A DNA stretch of 52,378 bases from a virus (taxonomy: Duplodnaviria > Caudoviricetes), in IMG/VR virus record IMGVR_UViG_3300032087_002048, positions 1 through 52,378 of that record; one strand, written 5' to 3'. The position numbers were made by a program, and so were the translations under genes. Positions 17,086-26,273 of this stretch are shown one piece after another (within the stretch, counting starts at the first letter, position 1; each line of letters opens with the position of its first letter). Under the pieces are notes generated by a model. It saw only the letters and a program-made list of their open reading frames with translations, had not been told where the DNA came from and searched no databases.

Positions 17086-18029
17086 AATTTAAAGACTTAA
17101 CTACAAGAGACATCGAGCATATCCGTTCTTTGTACAGAACAGGATTATCCAGAGCAGATGTTCAACAAGAATTATCAGAGCATTATGCTGTGCATACGAG
17201 GACGATAAGGAAATGGACTAAGCGTTTGGAGATTGGGGTAATGGCACAGAATGTCACAAACCCTGCTAGGATTCTTATCTATGATATAGAAACCCCTAGA
17301 CTTAGAGCAGAACTCTGGTGGTCAGGTCAACAGTATGTTAATGGTAATGACTTTGTAGACGAACCTAAGATTATAAGTATATCTTGGAAATGGTTCGGAG
17401 AAGACGAGGTATATGCAGCCCATTGGGATTTAAAGACACAATGTGATAAGAAAATGATGGAAGAATTTCTTATTCATTATAATGAGGCTGATGTTATAGT
17501 AGGTATTAACAACGATAAGTTTGATAATAGGTTTATCAACATGAGAGCAGCAAAGCACAGGTTGCACGTTAATACATTTGTAAGGTCTATAGATATACAG
17601 AAACAAGCTAAGAGGCTGTTTAGGTTACCCTCCTACAGCTTAAAATACTTAGGACAGTTCTTTGATATCCCTATGCAAAAGCAGAACCATGAAGGTATTA
17701 TTATGTGGAGAGAGATTCAATGGGGTAAGATGAAGAAACGTATTGAGTATATGAAAAAGATGATTGAATATAACGTTGGTGATATAATGGCTACAGAAGG
17801 ATTGTTATTAAGACTAATGCCACAACTTAACCTTCACTCTCATCTTGCTGTCATTCATGGTGGTGAAAAGTTTAGCTGTCCTTTGTGTGGCAGTACCGAA
17901 GACCTTGAATTAGTTAAGACCACAGCTACCTTAGCAGGTACTGTACAACACATTATGAGGTGTACTAAGGATGGTGTTATCTTTAAATTAAATAATAGTC
18001 AATATCTTAATTGGTTAAATGGAAAATAA
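17082..18029 (+). CDS. HTH + DnaQ/RNase H-like 3'-5' exonuclease + Zn ribbon
   Basis: N-terminal HTH pattern (LSEHYAVHTRTIRKW); YDIET, N...FD, YNVGD; CPLCGS...C. Confidence 0.8.
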   Translation: MKFKDLTTRDIEHIRSLYRTGLSRADVQQELSEHYAVHTRTIRKWTKRLEIGVMAQNVTNPARILIYDIETPRLRAELWWSGQQYVNGNDFVDEPKIISISWKWFGEDEVYAAHWDLKTQCDKKMMEEFLIHYNEADVIVGINNDKFDNRFINMRAAKHRLHVNTFVRSIDIQKQAKRLFRLPSYSLKYLGQFFDIPMQKQNHEGIIMWREIQWGKMKKRIEYMKKMIEYNVGDIMATEGLLLRLMPQLNLHSHLAVIHGGEKFSCPLCGSTEDLELVKTTATLAGTVQHIMRCTKDGVIFKLNNSQYLNWLNGK

Positions 18030-18041
18030 GTTGTATCTTTG
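18010..18041 (+). promoter_or_regulatory. Bacteroidota primary-sigma promoter
   Basis: ATTG 18010-18013, 20-nt spacer, TATCTTTG 18034-18041. Confidence 0.7.
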
Positions 18042-18148
18042 CACGCTATGATGGTAAACAACACACAAGTCAGAAACAGGTTTAATACCAAACGAAGTAA
18101 AAGTAAATTTGGTCAAACCGCAGGAACTCAATGGAAATCTAAACTACG

Positions 18149-18180
18149 GTTGACAGTTTAAATAAATTGTTGTATCTTTA
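18149..18180 (+). promoter_or_regulatory. Probable promoter (variant -7 box)
   Basis: GTTG 18149-18152, 20-nt spacer, TATCTTTA 18173-18180; same GTTGTATCTTT context as the previous promoter. Confidence 0.6.
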
Positions 18181-18204
18181 TAACTAAACAAAAACACAGA
18201 AAGT

Positions 18205-18372
18205 ATGGACGGAGTAATTATTGGCGTAGCAGTTGGGATAGTAGTTGCCTTTATGGTGTACAAAGCTATTGAAATACGCAAAAGAAAGGAAAATTCATCT
18301 AGTACGGATGGTCAAAGAGGTGGGGCAGACCCTAGTCTTCCAAACCAACCAGAAGAAGAAAATCACAAGTAA
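18205..18372 (+). CDS. 55-aa N-anchored membrane protein (not in the ORF track)
   Basis: MDGVIIGVAVGIVVAFMVYKAIEIRKRK... Confidence 0.7.
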   Translation: MDGVIIGVAVGIVVAFMVYKAIEIRKRKENSSSTDGQRGGADPSLPNQPEEENHK

Positions 18373-18375
18373 GCT

Positions 18376-18513
18376 ATGGGAAATATAATCTTAGGAGCAG
18401 TATTAGGGGCAATAGCACTATTCTTAGTATTAGACAACAACCCCAAGTTAGCAGCAAAGCTAAAGACAGTTAAGAACATTATAAAAGATAAAATCGAGGA
18501 GAGCAAGAAGTAA
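18376..18513 (+). CDS. 45-aa N-anchored membrane protein (not in the ORF track)
   Basis: MGNIILGAVLGAIALFLVL followed by a K-rich helix. Confidence 0.7.
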   Translation: MGNIILGAVLGAIALFLVLDNNPKLAAKLKTVKNIIKDKIEESKK

Positions 18514-18539
18514 CTCTAAGTCTTTTACAATACAAACTA

Positions 18540-18567
18540 AGCCCTCCCCACAACGGAGGGTTTTTTT
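18540..18567 (+). terminator. Intrinsic terminator
   Basis: CCCTCC...GGAGGG stem followed by T7. Confidence 0.85.
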
Positions 18568-18657
18568 ATGGTGTACTAAATAAATGAATATGGATAATTA
18601 TATAATCCCTGCTCGATTCTTCAATGGAGAACATGGACAGCTTAGAGAAAAAGACCT

Positions 18658-18731
18658 AGAGGCATGGCGTAGTCTGGTGGCGCAGCACGCTGACATCGTG
18701 AAAGACTAAAAGCGAGCAAAGCATGCTTTTT
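18658..18731 (+). pseudogene. tRNA-Val(GAC)-like element with degenerate T-arm
   Basis: D-arm GCGT-AGTCTGGTG-GCGC; anticodon arm CACG-CTGACAT-CGTG; possible acceptor AGAGGCA/TGCTTTT at canonical spacing; no TTCGA loop. Confidence 0.45.
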
Positions 18732-18759
18732 GTTCTTTGACATATAAATCGTATCTTTG
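18729..18759 (+). promoter_or_regulatory. Bacteroidota primary-sigma promoter
   Basis: TTTG 18729-18732, 19-nt spacer, TATCTTTG 18752-18759. Confidence 0.75.
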
Positions 18760-18787
18760 TGTATAACCTTAAATTTATAGAGATACG

Positions 18788-19264
18788 ATGAAGATTTTTA
18801 GAACGATTGTCCTTATATCTGTGTTGGTGTTCGCAGGTATATTATGGATAACGAAGGAGATGCCTATGATTTCACAAAGTGCGTTTGCTTTATCACCAAA
18901 CAATCATTGGTACGTATTAATGCATTTGTCAATAATTCTGACATTTGTTTTAGATGCGATATTTGGTAGGCGTGCGTGGGGATGGGCTGTTGTGGTAGCA
19001 TCAGCAGGTACGTTAGCATTTAATATGTACGACTTTCCTTTAGTACACAACTTATTTACTGCCAGTATAATGGCTACAGCAGTATTTAACTTGATATATT
19101 ACGCAACACCAAAGACAAGAAAATTTGCCATTGTAAATTCTGTTGTGGGTACAGTAGTATTTTTAATAGGATTGAATACAGATTTACATATCTTTACTGC
19201 AGAAGTTATTGCAGAGACGTGCATAGGTATTGGGATGGCACGAAGGATTTGGATAGTAAGATAA
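18788..19264 (+). CDS. Multi-pass (about 5-6 TM) membrane protein
   Basis: Successive hydrophobic segments; has its own promoter. Confidence 0.75.
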   Translation: MKIFRTIVLISVLVFAGILWITKEMPMISQSAFALSPNNHWYVLMHLSIILTFVLDAIFGRRAWGWAVVVASAGTLAFNMYDFPLVHNLFTASIMATAVFNLIYYATPKTRKFAIVNSVVGTVVFLIGLNTDLHIFTAEVIAETCIGIGMARRIWIVR

Positions 19265-19268
19265 TAAT

Positions 19269-19340
19269 GCCTTTTTAGTATAACGGTTATTACGTCTGGT
19301 TTGTACCTAGATGATGTGGGTTCGATTCCTACAAAAGGCT
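19269..19340 (+). tRNA. tRNA-Thr (UGU), CCA not encoded
   Basis: Acceptor GCCTTTT/AAAAGGC, D-arm GTA...TAC, anticodon arm TCTGG-TTTGTAC-CTAGA, T-arm GTGGG-TTCGATT-CCTAC. Confidence 0.92.
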
Positions 19341-22300
19341 CTACTTTTTAGGACGAACTATTTTCTCGTAATAACTTAGTACTTCCTTGTCAAGAACTCC
19401 TGCATCTTTAAGTTGTAACGCTATTTTCTTCTCACGAGGGCTTAGTTTGTTTATCTCTGTTTCAAACAAGGCATCACCAAATACCTTAGCAAGAATAATA
19501 GCACGTACTTCCTTGTTATTCGTAAACCTCATTTCATTTATGATAGGAATGAATTGTTTCTTTTCTAACTCAGTCTTAGCCCACTTGACAGCATTTTTAG
19601 CCAAGTCTGGTTGCTCTACAAGAATCTTCTCTAAGATTTGCTCTAATGGTTCTTCTGATTCCTTTCTCTTTGACTGAATAACAGCCTGCTTAACAGCATC
19701 TTTAGTATCAAGGTGTCTTTTCCAAGCCTCAACTGTTGCAGGCTCAATGTTTGATAATAACTTAGCTGTACGGTTATACTCTGATGTACTTTTCTTAACA
19801 CGCTTTAGAGCAGCATTTTTAAAGTTCTTCATAATAGCAGTCTTCTCGTCAGCAGCAATAAGTTCACCTGCAGCATATCCAAGCCCTACATAAGGGTTTG
19901 TGCTAGGAGTTGTGATAAATGATTCCACAGCAGACTTCATTCTAATTGGTGAATAACCAACTTGGTCTCCAATTTCTTTATAAAACTGCTCTACATTCTT
20001 ATTGTATCTTCCTTCTAGTTCTTCTGGAATTTCACCTCTTGACCAATCAAGAACATTCCCAGTATAGCCATCAATACCTAAAGTTGCTACAAGAGCATCC
20101 ACAGCAGGTATACGTCCAAAAGTATTTAAAGGATTAACAGACACAGGTAATAGATTCTCATCTATTGTGTTTACTGTTTTCTTTATCCAATCTTCTTGCT
20201 CGTAATTAATCCCTGCAGCCTCAGCTATTTGTTGACGTATTACATGCTCTGTAATCCCAAAAAACGGAGTTAAGGCTTGTGCTTTAGCTATACGATAGTA
20301 TTCCAAGTTACCGTTAGCATCCTTTACTCCCATTGGATAGATAGCATAGTTTTTAAGGTCATACGGAGAAACACCTTTAAGGGTTTCAAAGTATAATTCC
20401 TCATCTGTCATATTTTTAATTTCTGGGTCTTCTTCCTCCTCATCTCTAAAAAATCCAACTAGAGCAACAGCACCATATGTTAAACCTGATGCAGCAATAG
20501 CTGTCATTTGAAAAACTCTCCAAAATGTTTCAGCAGGTCGTGATTGAAAAGCCTGCGTGGCAGAACGTGTACCCTGTGTGGCTGCATTAAGGTAAGGAAC
20601 GCCTGCGTCAAAGGCTTTTGTTAGTGTACCACCCTGATTAAAGTCAGTAATTTCTCTTGCAGCACGCACAGCTTTAGTATAAAGGTCTTCCTGTTGTTGT
20701 GGGTCTAATTGTTCAATAGATTCTACCCCTAGTTTCCTAGTTTCTTTTTTAATGGTTCTTTCAAATATAGCTAGACGTGTAGCAACCTCAGAGGCTGTGT
20801 TAAATCTATCCATAGCATTCAGAAAACCATTAATAGCCTTAGCAGGTAAAGTATTCTTTAAATCAAAGAAAGCATCTGTTAATTCTCTGTTTACCATTTT
20901 ACCGAATACACCGCTGTCTCCATATCTACCTTGTAATGTAAGGAAATCCATACCACCTCCATATTCAAAGTACTTATCATATATTTCGTTTCTAGCAATA
21001 CTAGAATAATATCCTTTAAGGAAATCCTTACCTAACTTTAATCCTTGAACAACAATGTTATTCTGTAGGATATTTAAACTATTTGTACCATACGCTTCTG
21101 AGAAACTTAGTGCGAAAGCTAAATCTCGTGGTACGTTTGTTATAAAGAACAATGGGTTACTACCTGTCGCTAGTTTTTTAACAATACGAGTACCTGTTAT
21201 AACAGACAGCCCTTCCCTTGCAGCAGCGTTAATTATCTGATTACCAGTATCAGTAAACTTAGCGTAGAAGTCTTCACGCATTAACATTCTATTTCTTATA
21301 CCGCCTACATAGTAATATAGAGACCTATATCCATCTGCTTTTCCCTCATACTTATATTTAGGATTACCAGATTCTGTCATACCAACTATAGGGTCATCTT
21401 TAACAACTCTATCTAATTCTAAAAGATATGGCTTACGCTTTACTTCTTCTTTAGTTAGTGGTTCTCCTTGCGCTTCTTTGTTTTGAATAACTTGTAAAGC
21501 AACCATAGCATCCTTAAATTCAAGAGCAAATGCTCTGTTAAGTCTGTTAGCAAATACAGATTTAGTACGACCTAGTATACTCCTCTGTATCAGACCTTTA
21601 GAGTCCATAACCTGAGATTCAGTACTACCTGTCGTAGATGATTGAATAGGGGCATCAGCAAGACTAGACGATTCAAATTGGTCTAGTTGTTCTGGCATAA
21701 ACTGACCTTCCATGTCAGCCATAAACTTAATTATCTTTCTTGGTTGGTAATCTACCTCTGCAAACTCCTCATAAGTCTGTTGGTCTATAATCTCCTCTCT
21801 CCTCATTGTTTCAAGCAATCCCTTATAATGACCGAAGAAAGAGTTTGCTCTTTTCTGTAAGTCTTTAAATGTTTTCTCTCCAAGTTCCTGTTTGTAACCC
21901 TCTAGTGCAAGTTTAGCAGATTCTGTAGTCTGCCCCCCTTGATGCTCTAACAGTTCATATCCCCTATCGGCTCTGTTCTTATCTAAAGATAGAATACGCA
22001 TTTGCTGTATCACTTCCTCTAGGTTACGTGTATTTTCTTGACTTAATCCATCAAACACCTCAGCCTCAACCTTTTGGTTAATTCTATTAGCTTGTGCATT
22101 AGCACCTAGCTTATGTACAATTAAGTTTTCTATCCTACGTGATATCCCTGCCTTACGGATTATCCTTTTGACAGATGCTTGTCTGTCTGTAAACTTATCC
22201 ATTGCTGCCTGTAATGCTTTTTCTGCAGGGTCAATAAACTTTTCTTCGCTCTTAGCTTGTTCTTCTCTTGCTTTTTCAGCTAATTCTTTAGAACGTCTTC

Positions 22301-24059
22301 GTGCTTCTTCTGGCGTAAGCTCGGCTAAATCCTTTTCATTCTTTAATTGAATCTCTGCTGTTCTCTTTACACCTGCATCTTCAATACCCTCAACTATCTG
22401 AGCATCAGTCTGTCCACTCTCACGTCCTTTGGTTATTATGTTTGATGCCTTTTGAATAGGTGTACGCTTCGCTTCAATTTGCGCTTCGGCATTTACTTCT
22501 TCTTGGAATGCAGTAGCAGCCTTAAGAGTATTTGCAACGTGTACTATCTTATTAGACTTTTTAATTACCCACTTTCCTTTGTTTTTACCTACGGTTGGTT
22601 TAGTTATGCTATTACCACTAACCTCGTCAGAGTATCGCCCTCCTTTGGTTTTGTTCATAATAATTGTAGGTTCAGTAATTTCTGGCTGAACAAGAGGGTC
22701 ACCTACTCGCTGTCCTTCTACTGGTGCTTCTACGGCAGGGATATCTAAATCAACTGTCTGTCCTTCTGCTAGTGGCTGTCCTTGTTGTTGTATTCTAGGA
22801 GTTACGATACCAGAAGGTGCTGCTGAGAAACCACCTATAAGACCAGAATCTAGGAAGTTATAAAACACTTGCCCCCAGTTAATATCTTCCATCTTTCCAT
22901 AGGCAAAGATATCTGTAAGTTCCTCTTGCACAGATTGTAATCCTTCCTCTAAGAACTCTCGTTTGAAATTCTTAGCTATTCTTTCTACTATGTTTTTTGA
23001 TATTTTGGCTGCTGCTTCTGGTGCTAGTTTACCCACTACAGGGGCAAACATGCCTTGCATAATCTTACCACCAACAGCTTCTGCTGTTCCACGAGCAAGA
23101 CCTACACCTACTTGTGTCATATCAACGTTACCGCCTTTACGCTCTATCTCATCCATCTTACCAGATGCTGTGGCTGCTCCCATTAACCCAAGACCTGCAC
23201 CACCACCAAATATAGTAAGTAACATGATGGGAAGTGATTCTGTGACACCTAGTGCTATTCTCTTAGATGCAAGACCTAAATCTCCCCTACCTATATCCTC
23301 TACAATGTTACCTTCGTACTTGACACGAGCCTCGTCCATCTTTTCTTTGTCATCCATGATAACACGCTGTGCTTTTGCAGATGCTTCATTAAATGGAGTC
23401 ATATCAATTCCAAACATCATCTTAGCAGGTGATGTCTCTGATTGTAACTTTAAGATAAGTGCTGTTCTTTCTTCCTCTGGAAGTGCTTGTAGTTTGGCAT
23501 CAAATTCTTCAAACTTCTCTTTGTCTTCGCCACGTAGTAATAAGCGCATGGCTGCGTTCTTAACAGCGAAGTCCATCTTAGCAAAGTTTTCTGGAAGACC
23601 TGCAACCTGACCTGCTAATAATGAAATACCAGAACCAAGAGCCTTAGCGAACTCCCCTCCTTCTTCGTATTGTTTATCCTGTCCTGTTTCTTCTTCCTCT
23701 GTTTGAGGTACTGGAATACCAAAACCTTCTAAGTACTCGGCTGTAACTTTCTTCCCTGCAAAGTCATAAAGTCTATTACCTTCTTCATCAAAGGTTCTAA
23801 TATCGGGTGAATCCGAAGTGCCATCTTCCAATTCTGAATCCGTATCGGTCTCGACTTGGTTTTTTTTTTCACCCATCATGTTCACTTCCCAAGCATCTCT
23901 GTCGGTGTCTGTAAGCTGATTCTCCATTAAATAGGAGTGTACGTTATCCCTAACAGCAGTATCGTTAGAGAAATTGTTTTTCCAAGTCTCGTAATCGCTG
24001 TCAGTTAACTGGTTGGAAGTTAAGTGATTATGTATATTTTGTAATAATTCTTCGTTCAT
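19341..24059 (-). CDS. Large internal virion/ejection protein with LPD38-like C-terminal region
   Basis: 1572 aa, last gene of the structural arm, helical; DFNQGG...VPYLNAATQG pattern. Confidence 0.7.
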   Translation of the reverse strand: MNEELLQNIHNHLTSNQLTDSDYETWKNNFSNDTAVRDNVHSYLMENQLTDTDRDAWEVNMMGEKKNQVETDTDSELEDGTSDSPDIRTFDEEGNRLYDFAGKKVTAEYLEGFGIPVPQTEEEETGQDKQYEEGGEFAKALGSGISLLAGQVAGLPENFAKMDFAVKNAAMRLLLRGEDKEKFEEFDAKLQALPEEERTALILKLQSETSPAKMMFGIDMTPFNEASAKAQRVIMDDKEKMDEARVKYEGNIVEDIGRGDLGLASKRIALGVTESLPIMLLTIFGGGAGLGLMGAATASGKMDEIERKGGNVDMTQVGVGLARGTAEAVGGKIMQGMFAPVVGKLAPEAAAKISKNIVERIAKNFKREFLEEGLQSVQEELTDIFAYGKMEDINWGQVFYNFLDSGLIGGFSAAPSGIVTPRIQQQGQPLAEGQTVDLDIPAVEAPVEGQRVGDPLVQPEITEPTIIMNKTKGGRYSDEVSGNSITKPTVGKNKGKWVIKKSNKIVHVANTLKAATAFQEEVNAEAQIEAKRTPIQKASNIITKGRESGQTDAQIVEGIEDAGVKRTAEIQLKNEKDLAELTPEEARRRSKELAEKAREEQAKSEEKFIDPAEKALQAAMDKFTDRQASVKRIIRKAGISRRIENLIVHKLGANAQANRINQKVEAEVFDGLSQENTRNLEEVIQQMRILSLDKNRADRGYELLEHQGGQTTESAKLALEGYKQELGEKTFKDLQKRANSFFGHYKGLLETMRREEIIDQQTYEEFAEVDYQPRKIIKFMADMEGQFMPEQLDQFESSSLADAPIQSSTTGSTESQVMDSKGLIQRSILGRTKSVFANRLNRAFALEFKDAMVALQVIQNKEAQGEPLTKEEVKRKPYLLELDRVVKDDPIVGMTESGNPKYKYEGKADGYRSLYYYVGGIRNRMLMREDFYAKFTDTGNQIINAAAREGLSVITGTRIVKKLATGSNPLFFITNVPRDLAFALSFSEAYGTNSLNILQNNIVVQGLKLGKDFLKGYYSSIARNEIYDKYFEYGGGMDFLTLQGRYGDSGVFGKMVNRELTDAFFDLKNTLPAKAINGFLNAMDRFNTASEVATRLAIFERTIKKETRKLGVESIEQLDPQQQEDLYTKAVRAAREITDFNQGGTLTKAFDAGVPYLNAATQGTRSATQAFQSRPAETFWRVFQMTAIAASGLTYGAVALVGFFRDEEEEDPEIKNMTDEELYFETLKGVSPYDLKNYAIYPMGVKDANGNLEYYRIAKAQALTPFFGITEHVIRQQIAEAAGINYEQEDWIKKTVNTIDENLLPVSVNPLNTFGRIPAVDALVATLGIDGYTGNVLDWSRGEIPEELEGRYNKNVEQFYKEIGDQVGYSPIRMKSAVESFITTPSTNPYVGLGYAAGELIAADEKTAIMKNFKNAALKRVKKSTSEYNRTAKLLSNIEPATVEAWKRHLDTKDAVKQAVIQSKRKESEEPLEQILEKILVEQPDLAKNAVKWAKTELEKKQFIPIINEMRFTNNKEVRAIILAKVFGDALFETEINKLSPREKKIALQLKDAGVLDKEVLSYYEKIVRPKK

Positions 24060-25528
24060 TATCCAAAGGGTTTATCTTTCTTAGCACCTGCTGCGGTTGA
24101 ATCCTGTCTCTGCTTTCTAAATTGAGCAGCATCTTCTGGGTTGTCAAACCCTGAGTTGAACTTATTGATAAGGATTTGTTTTAAATTGGCAGCATTGCCC
24201 ATTTCATTATAATTTGCAAAAGTGTTAATCTCCTTCATACCTGTTGCGGTAGAGGATGATATTTCAACGTTTTCTATCATATAGTATTGAACCTTACCGT
24301 CTTCTCCCATTATTTCTTCAAATAACGTCTTTGGTTTTTTCTTTTTGATATCTTCCATTTCCTGTACACCTTTCAGCTTTATTCTATTCTGTGCTTCAAG
24401 AACAATAGAATCGTTATCTGGATTATACCTGATTCTATTTACAGCCCTATCTGATTTGGTTGCATCGATTGCCGATGGTTTACCTAGTGTAAAAGTCAGA
24501 CCACCATCAGAATCCACGATTGGAGCGTTACCTGATGTAGCAACTTGTATTAAGTCAGCACCACGTCTGGCATCTTTAGTAGGTGTTGTTGCAGCCCTTT
24601 CTCTCGCAAGAGCAAGTGGGTCTGCCTGTCTTTCAACACTTTGAGTTACTTTACCTTCGACTTTATTAATAAGCCATTGCTTAACGTTTTGTCTTTCTTC
24701 TTCTGTAAAGTTCTCTTTCTTCTTAATTGTACCGTTGGATGCTTGGTAAAGAAGGTCTGCCATTACATCATTTGTTTGTAAAGATGCTTCGTCAGTTCCT
24801 AATTGCCCATCTATCCAGTCACTTACTGTATTTTTTTGTCTGTCTCCAAATATATTTCTCTTAACAAGATAACCCCCCTCTGATTTGGTTTCTATATCTT
24901 GCCCTAGTGTTTTAACGACAGCATCAACTTGGTCATCTACATCTACTCTTTTAGTAAGGCTTGAACCTAATAAACTCTTGTAAGGCATAACATCCCCTAT
25001 AGCACCTTCTTTATCATAGAATAATATTTGCATATTATCGTTCTCGTCATAGGTAACAGCTAGTCTTCCCTCATCTGCTGCCTCTAGCTTCTCTCTCCAA
25101 TCTTCTTCATCTACTCCGCTAATTTCATCATTCTCAATCTTTGCAAGATAGTCTTCACCAAGAGCCATGAATTTCTGATGTGTTGAACCAAGTTGTGTAA
25201 CTGTGTTTTTTATTTTCCCCAGTCTTTTTTTAAGGTCAATGTTAGTTGGGTCTTGTTGCAACGCCTTGTATACGTCATAATATCTATCTCTAGCCTGTGA
25301 CAAAGCCTCCGTAGTAACATCGTTAACTGTACGGAACTCAGTATCAGCCAGTTGAAACTTTTCTTCTGGTATACCATATCTATCTTCAAACTCTAGGAGT
25401 TTCTTTTGCCTAGCTTCTTCTTTAAGCCTTGCGTTCTCCTGAGCCTGTTGTACCATACCAATACCTTGCTGAACTATGCCACCAAAATCTTCTTGTATCG
25501 GTTGTGTTGCTTGCGCTAATATTGCCAT
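24059..25528 (-). CDS. Internal virion/ejection protein
   Basis: 489 aa, helical Q/E/K-rich N-terminus, lies between the two other ejection-like genes. Confidence 0.6.
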   Translation of the reverse strand: MAILAQATQPIQEDFGGIVQQGIGMVQQAQENARLKEEARQKKLLEFEDRYGIPEEKFQLADTEFRTVNDVTTEALSQARDRYYDVYKALQQDPTNIDLKKRLGKIKNTVTQLGSTHQKFMALGEDYLAKIENDEISGVDEEDWREKLEAADEGRLAVTYDENDNMQILFYDKEGAIGDVMPYKSLLGSSLTKRVDVDDQVDAVVKTLGQDIETKSEGGYLVKRNIFGDRQKNTVSDWIDGQLGTDEASLQTNDVMADLLYQASNGTIKKKENFTEEERQNVKQWLINKVEGKVTQSVERQADPLALARERAATTPTKDARRGADLIQVATSGNAPIVDSDGGLTFTLGKPSAIDATKSDRAVNRIRYNPDNDSIVLEAQNRIKLKGVQEMEDIKKKKPKTLFEEIMGEDGKVQYYMIENVEISSSTATGMKEINTFANYNEMGNAANLKQILINKFNSGFDNPEDAAQFRKQRQDSTAAGAKKDKPFG

Positions 25529-25534
25529 TATATA

Positions 25535-26269
25535 TTAATAAGGTTGTCCTGTTAAAGGGTCTATTGCCCCATATGTTGAAGGGTTATTCACGTACTGTCC
25601 TGAGAAAGAACCTGCAGGTTGTCCGAAAGCAGGGATTGCTTTAGTATAATCCTGTCCTATTCGACCTGCTTGAAAAGCTACGTCAAATGCGTTTGGCTGT
25701 CCTACTGTTTGCTTGGCTACTTGTCCTACACCGCCTGCAGCTTTACCTGCGCCTGCACCTGCTACCATACTCGCTGCTCCAAAACCTGCTTGCGCTATAT
25801 CTCCTAGCCCACTTGCTTGATTTTGTTGACCTGCATTAAGTTGAGCATACATTTGGTTAAGTTCTTGATTTTGTCTTTGCTCTGTCATTTGCCTAATTCT
25901 GCCTTTATCTGCTGCAAAATCTCTATCTAGTGCTACTTCTTGTTGCTCTATACCTGCTCCAACTTGTTGAGCCACTTTATTACTTTGTTCTTGAACAGCA
26001 CCCACACCGCCAACTACACCACGAATACCACCAGAGGCTAGCGTTTCCATAGCTGTTGCAGCTTGTCTTGCATTTGCTTCCAATGCAGCTTCTGCCCCTC
26101 TTGTAGCGATTCCTCTACCTTCGTTTATATTTTTAAGTTCTTGTCTTTTGAATTGCCTTATTGCACGCTTGGCTGCTCGCTTTTGTTTACCCCCACCAAT
26201 CATTTTGGAGATACCGCCTGCTGCGCCTATTGCTGCACTACCTATTGCTAATCCTGTCATTAATCCCAT
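25535..26269 (-). CDS. Small ejection (pilot) protein
   Basis: Gly/Ala-rich hydrophobic ends with a Q-rich coiled coil, typical of the first podovirus ejection gene. Confidence 0.7.
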   Translation of the reverse strand: MGLMTGLAIGSAAIGAAGGISKMIGGGKQKRAAKRAIRQFKRQELKNINEGRGIATRGAEAALEANARQAATAMETLASGGIRGVVGGVGAVQEQSNKVAQQVGAGIEQQEVALDRDFAADKGRIRQMTEQRQNQELNQMYAQLNAGQQNQASGLGDIAQAGFGAASMVAGAGAGKAAGGVGQVAKQTVGQPNAFDVAFQAGRIGQDYTKAIPAFGQPAGSFSGQYVNNPSTYGAIDPLTGQPY

Positions 26270-26273
26270 ATCT

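Noticed and set aside
19341-24059. Virion RNA polymerase in the giant protein
   Set aside because: No DxDxD or DFDID-type catalytic motif was found, and it is shorter than such enzymes.
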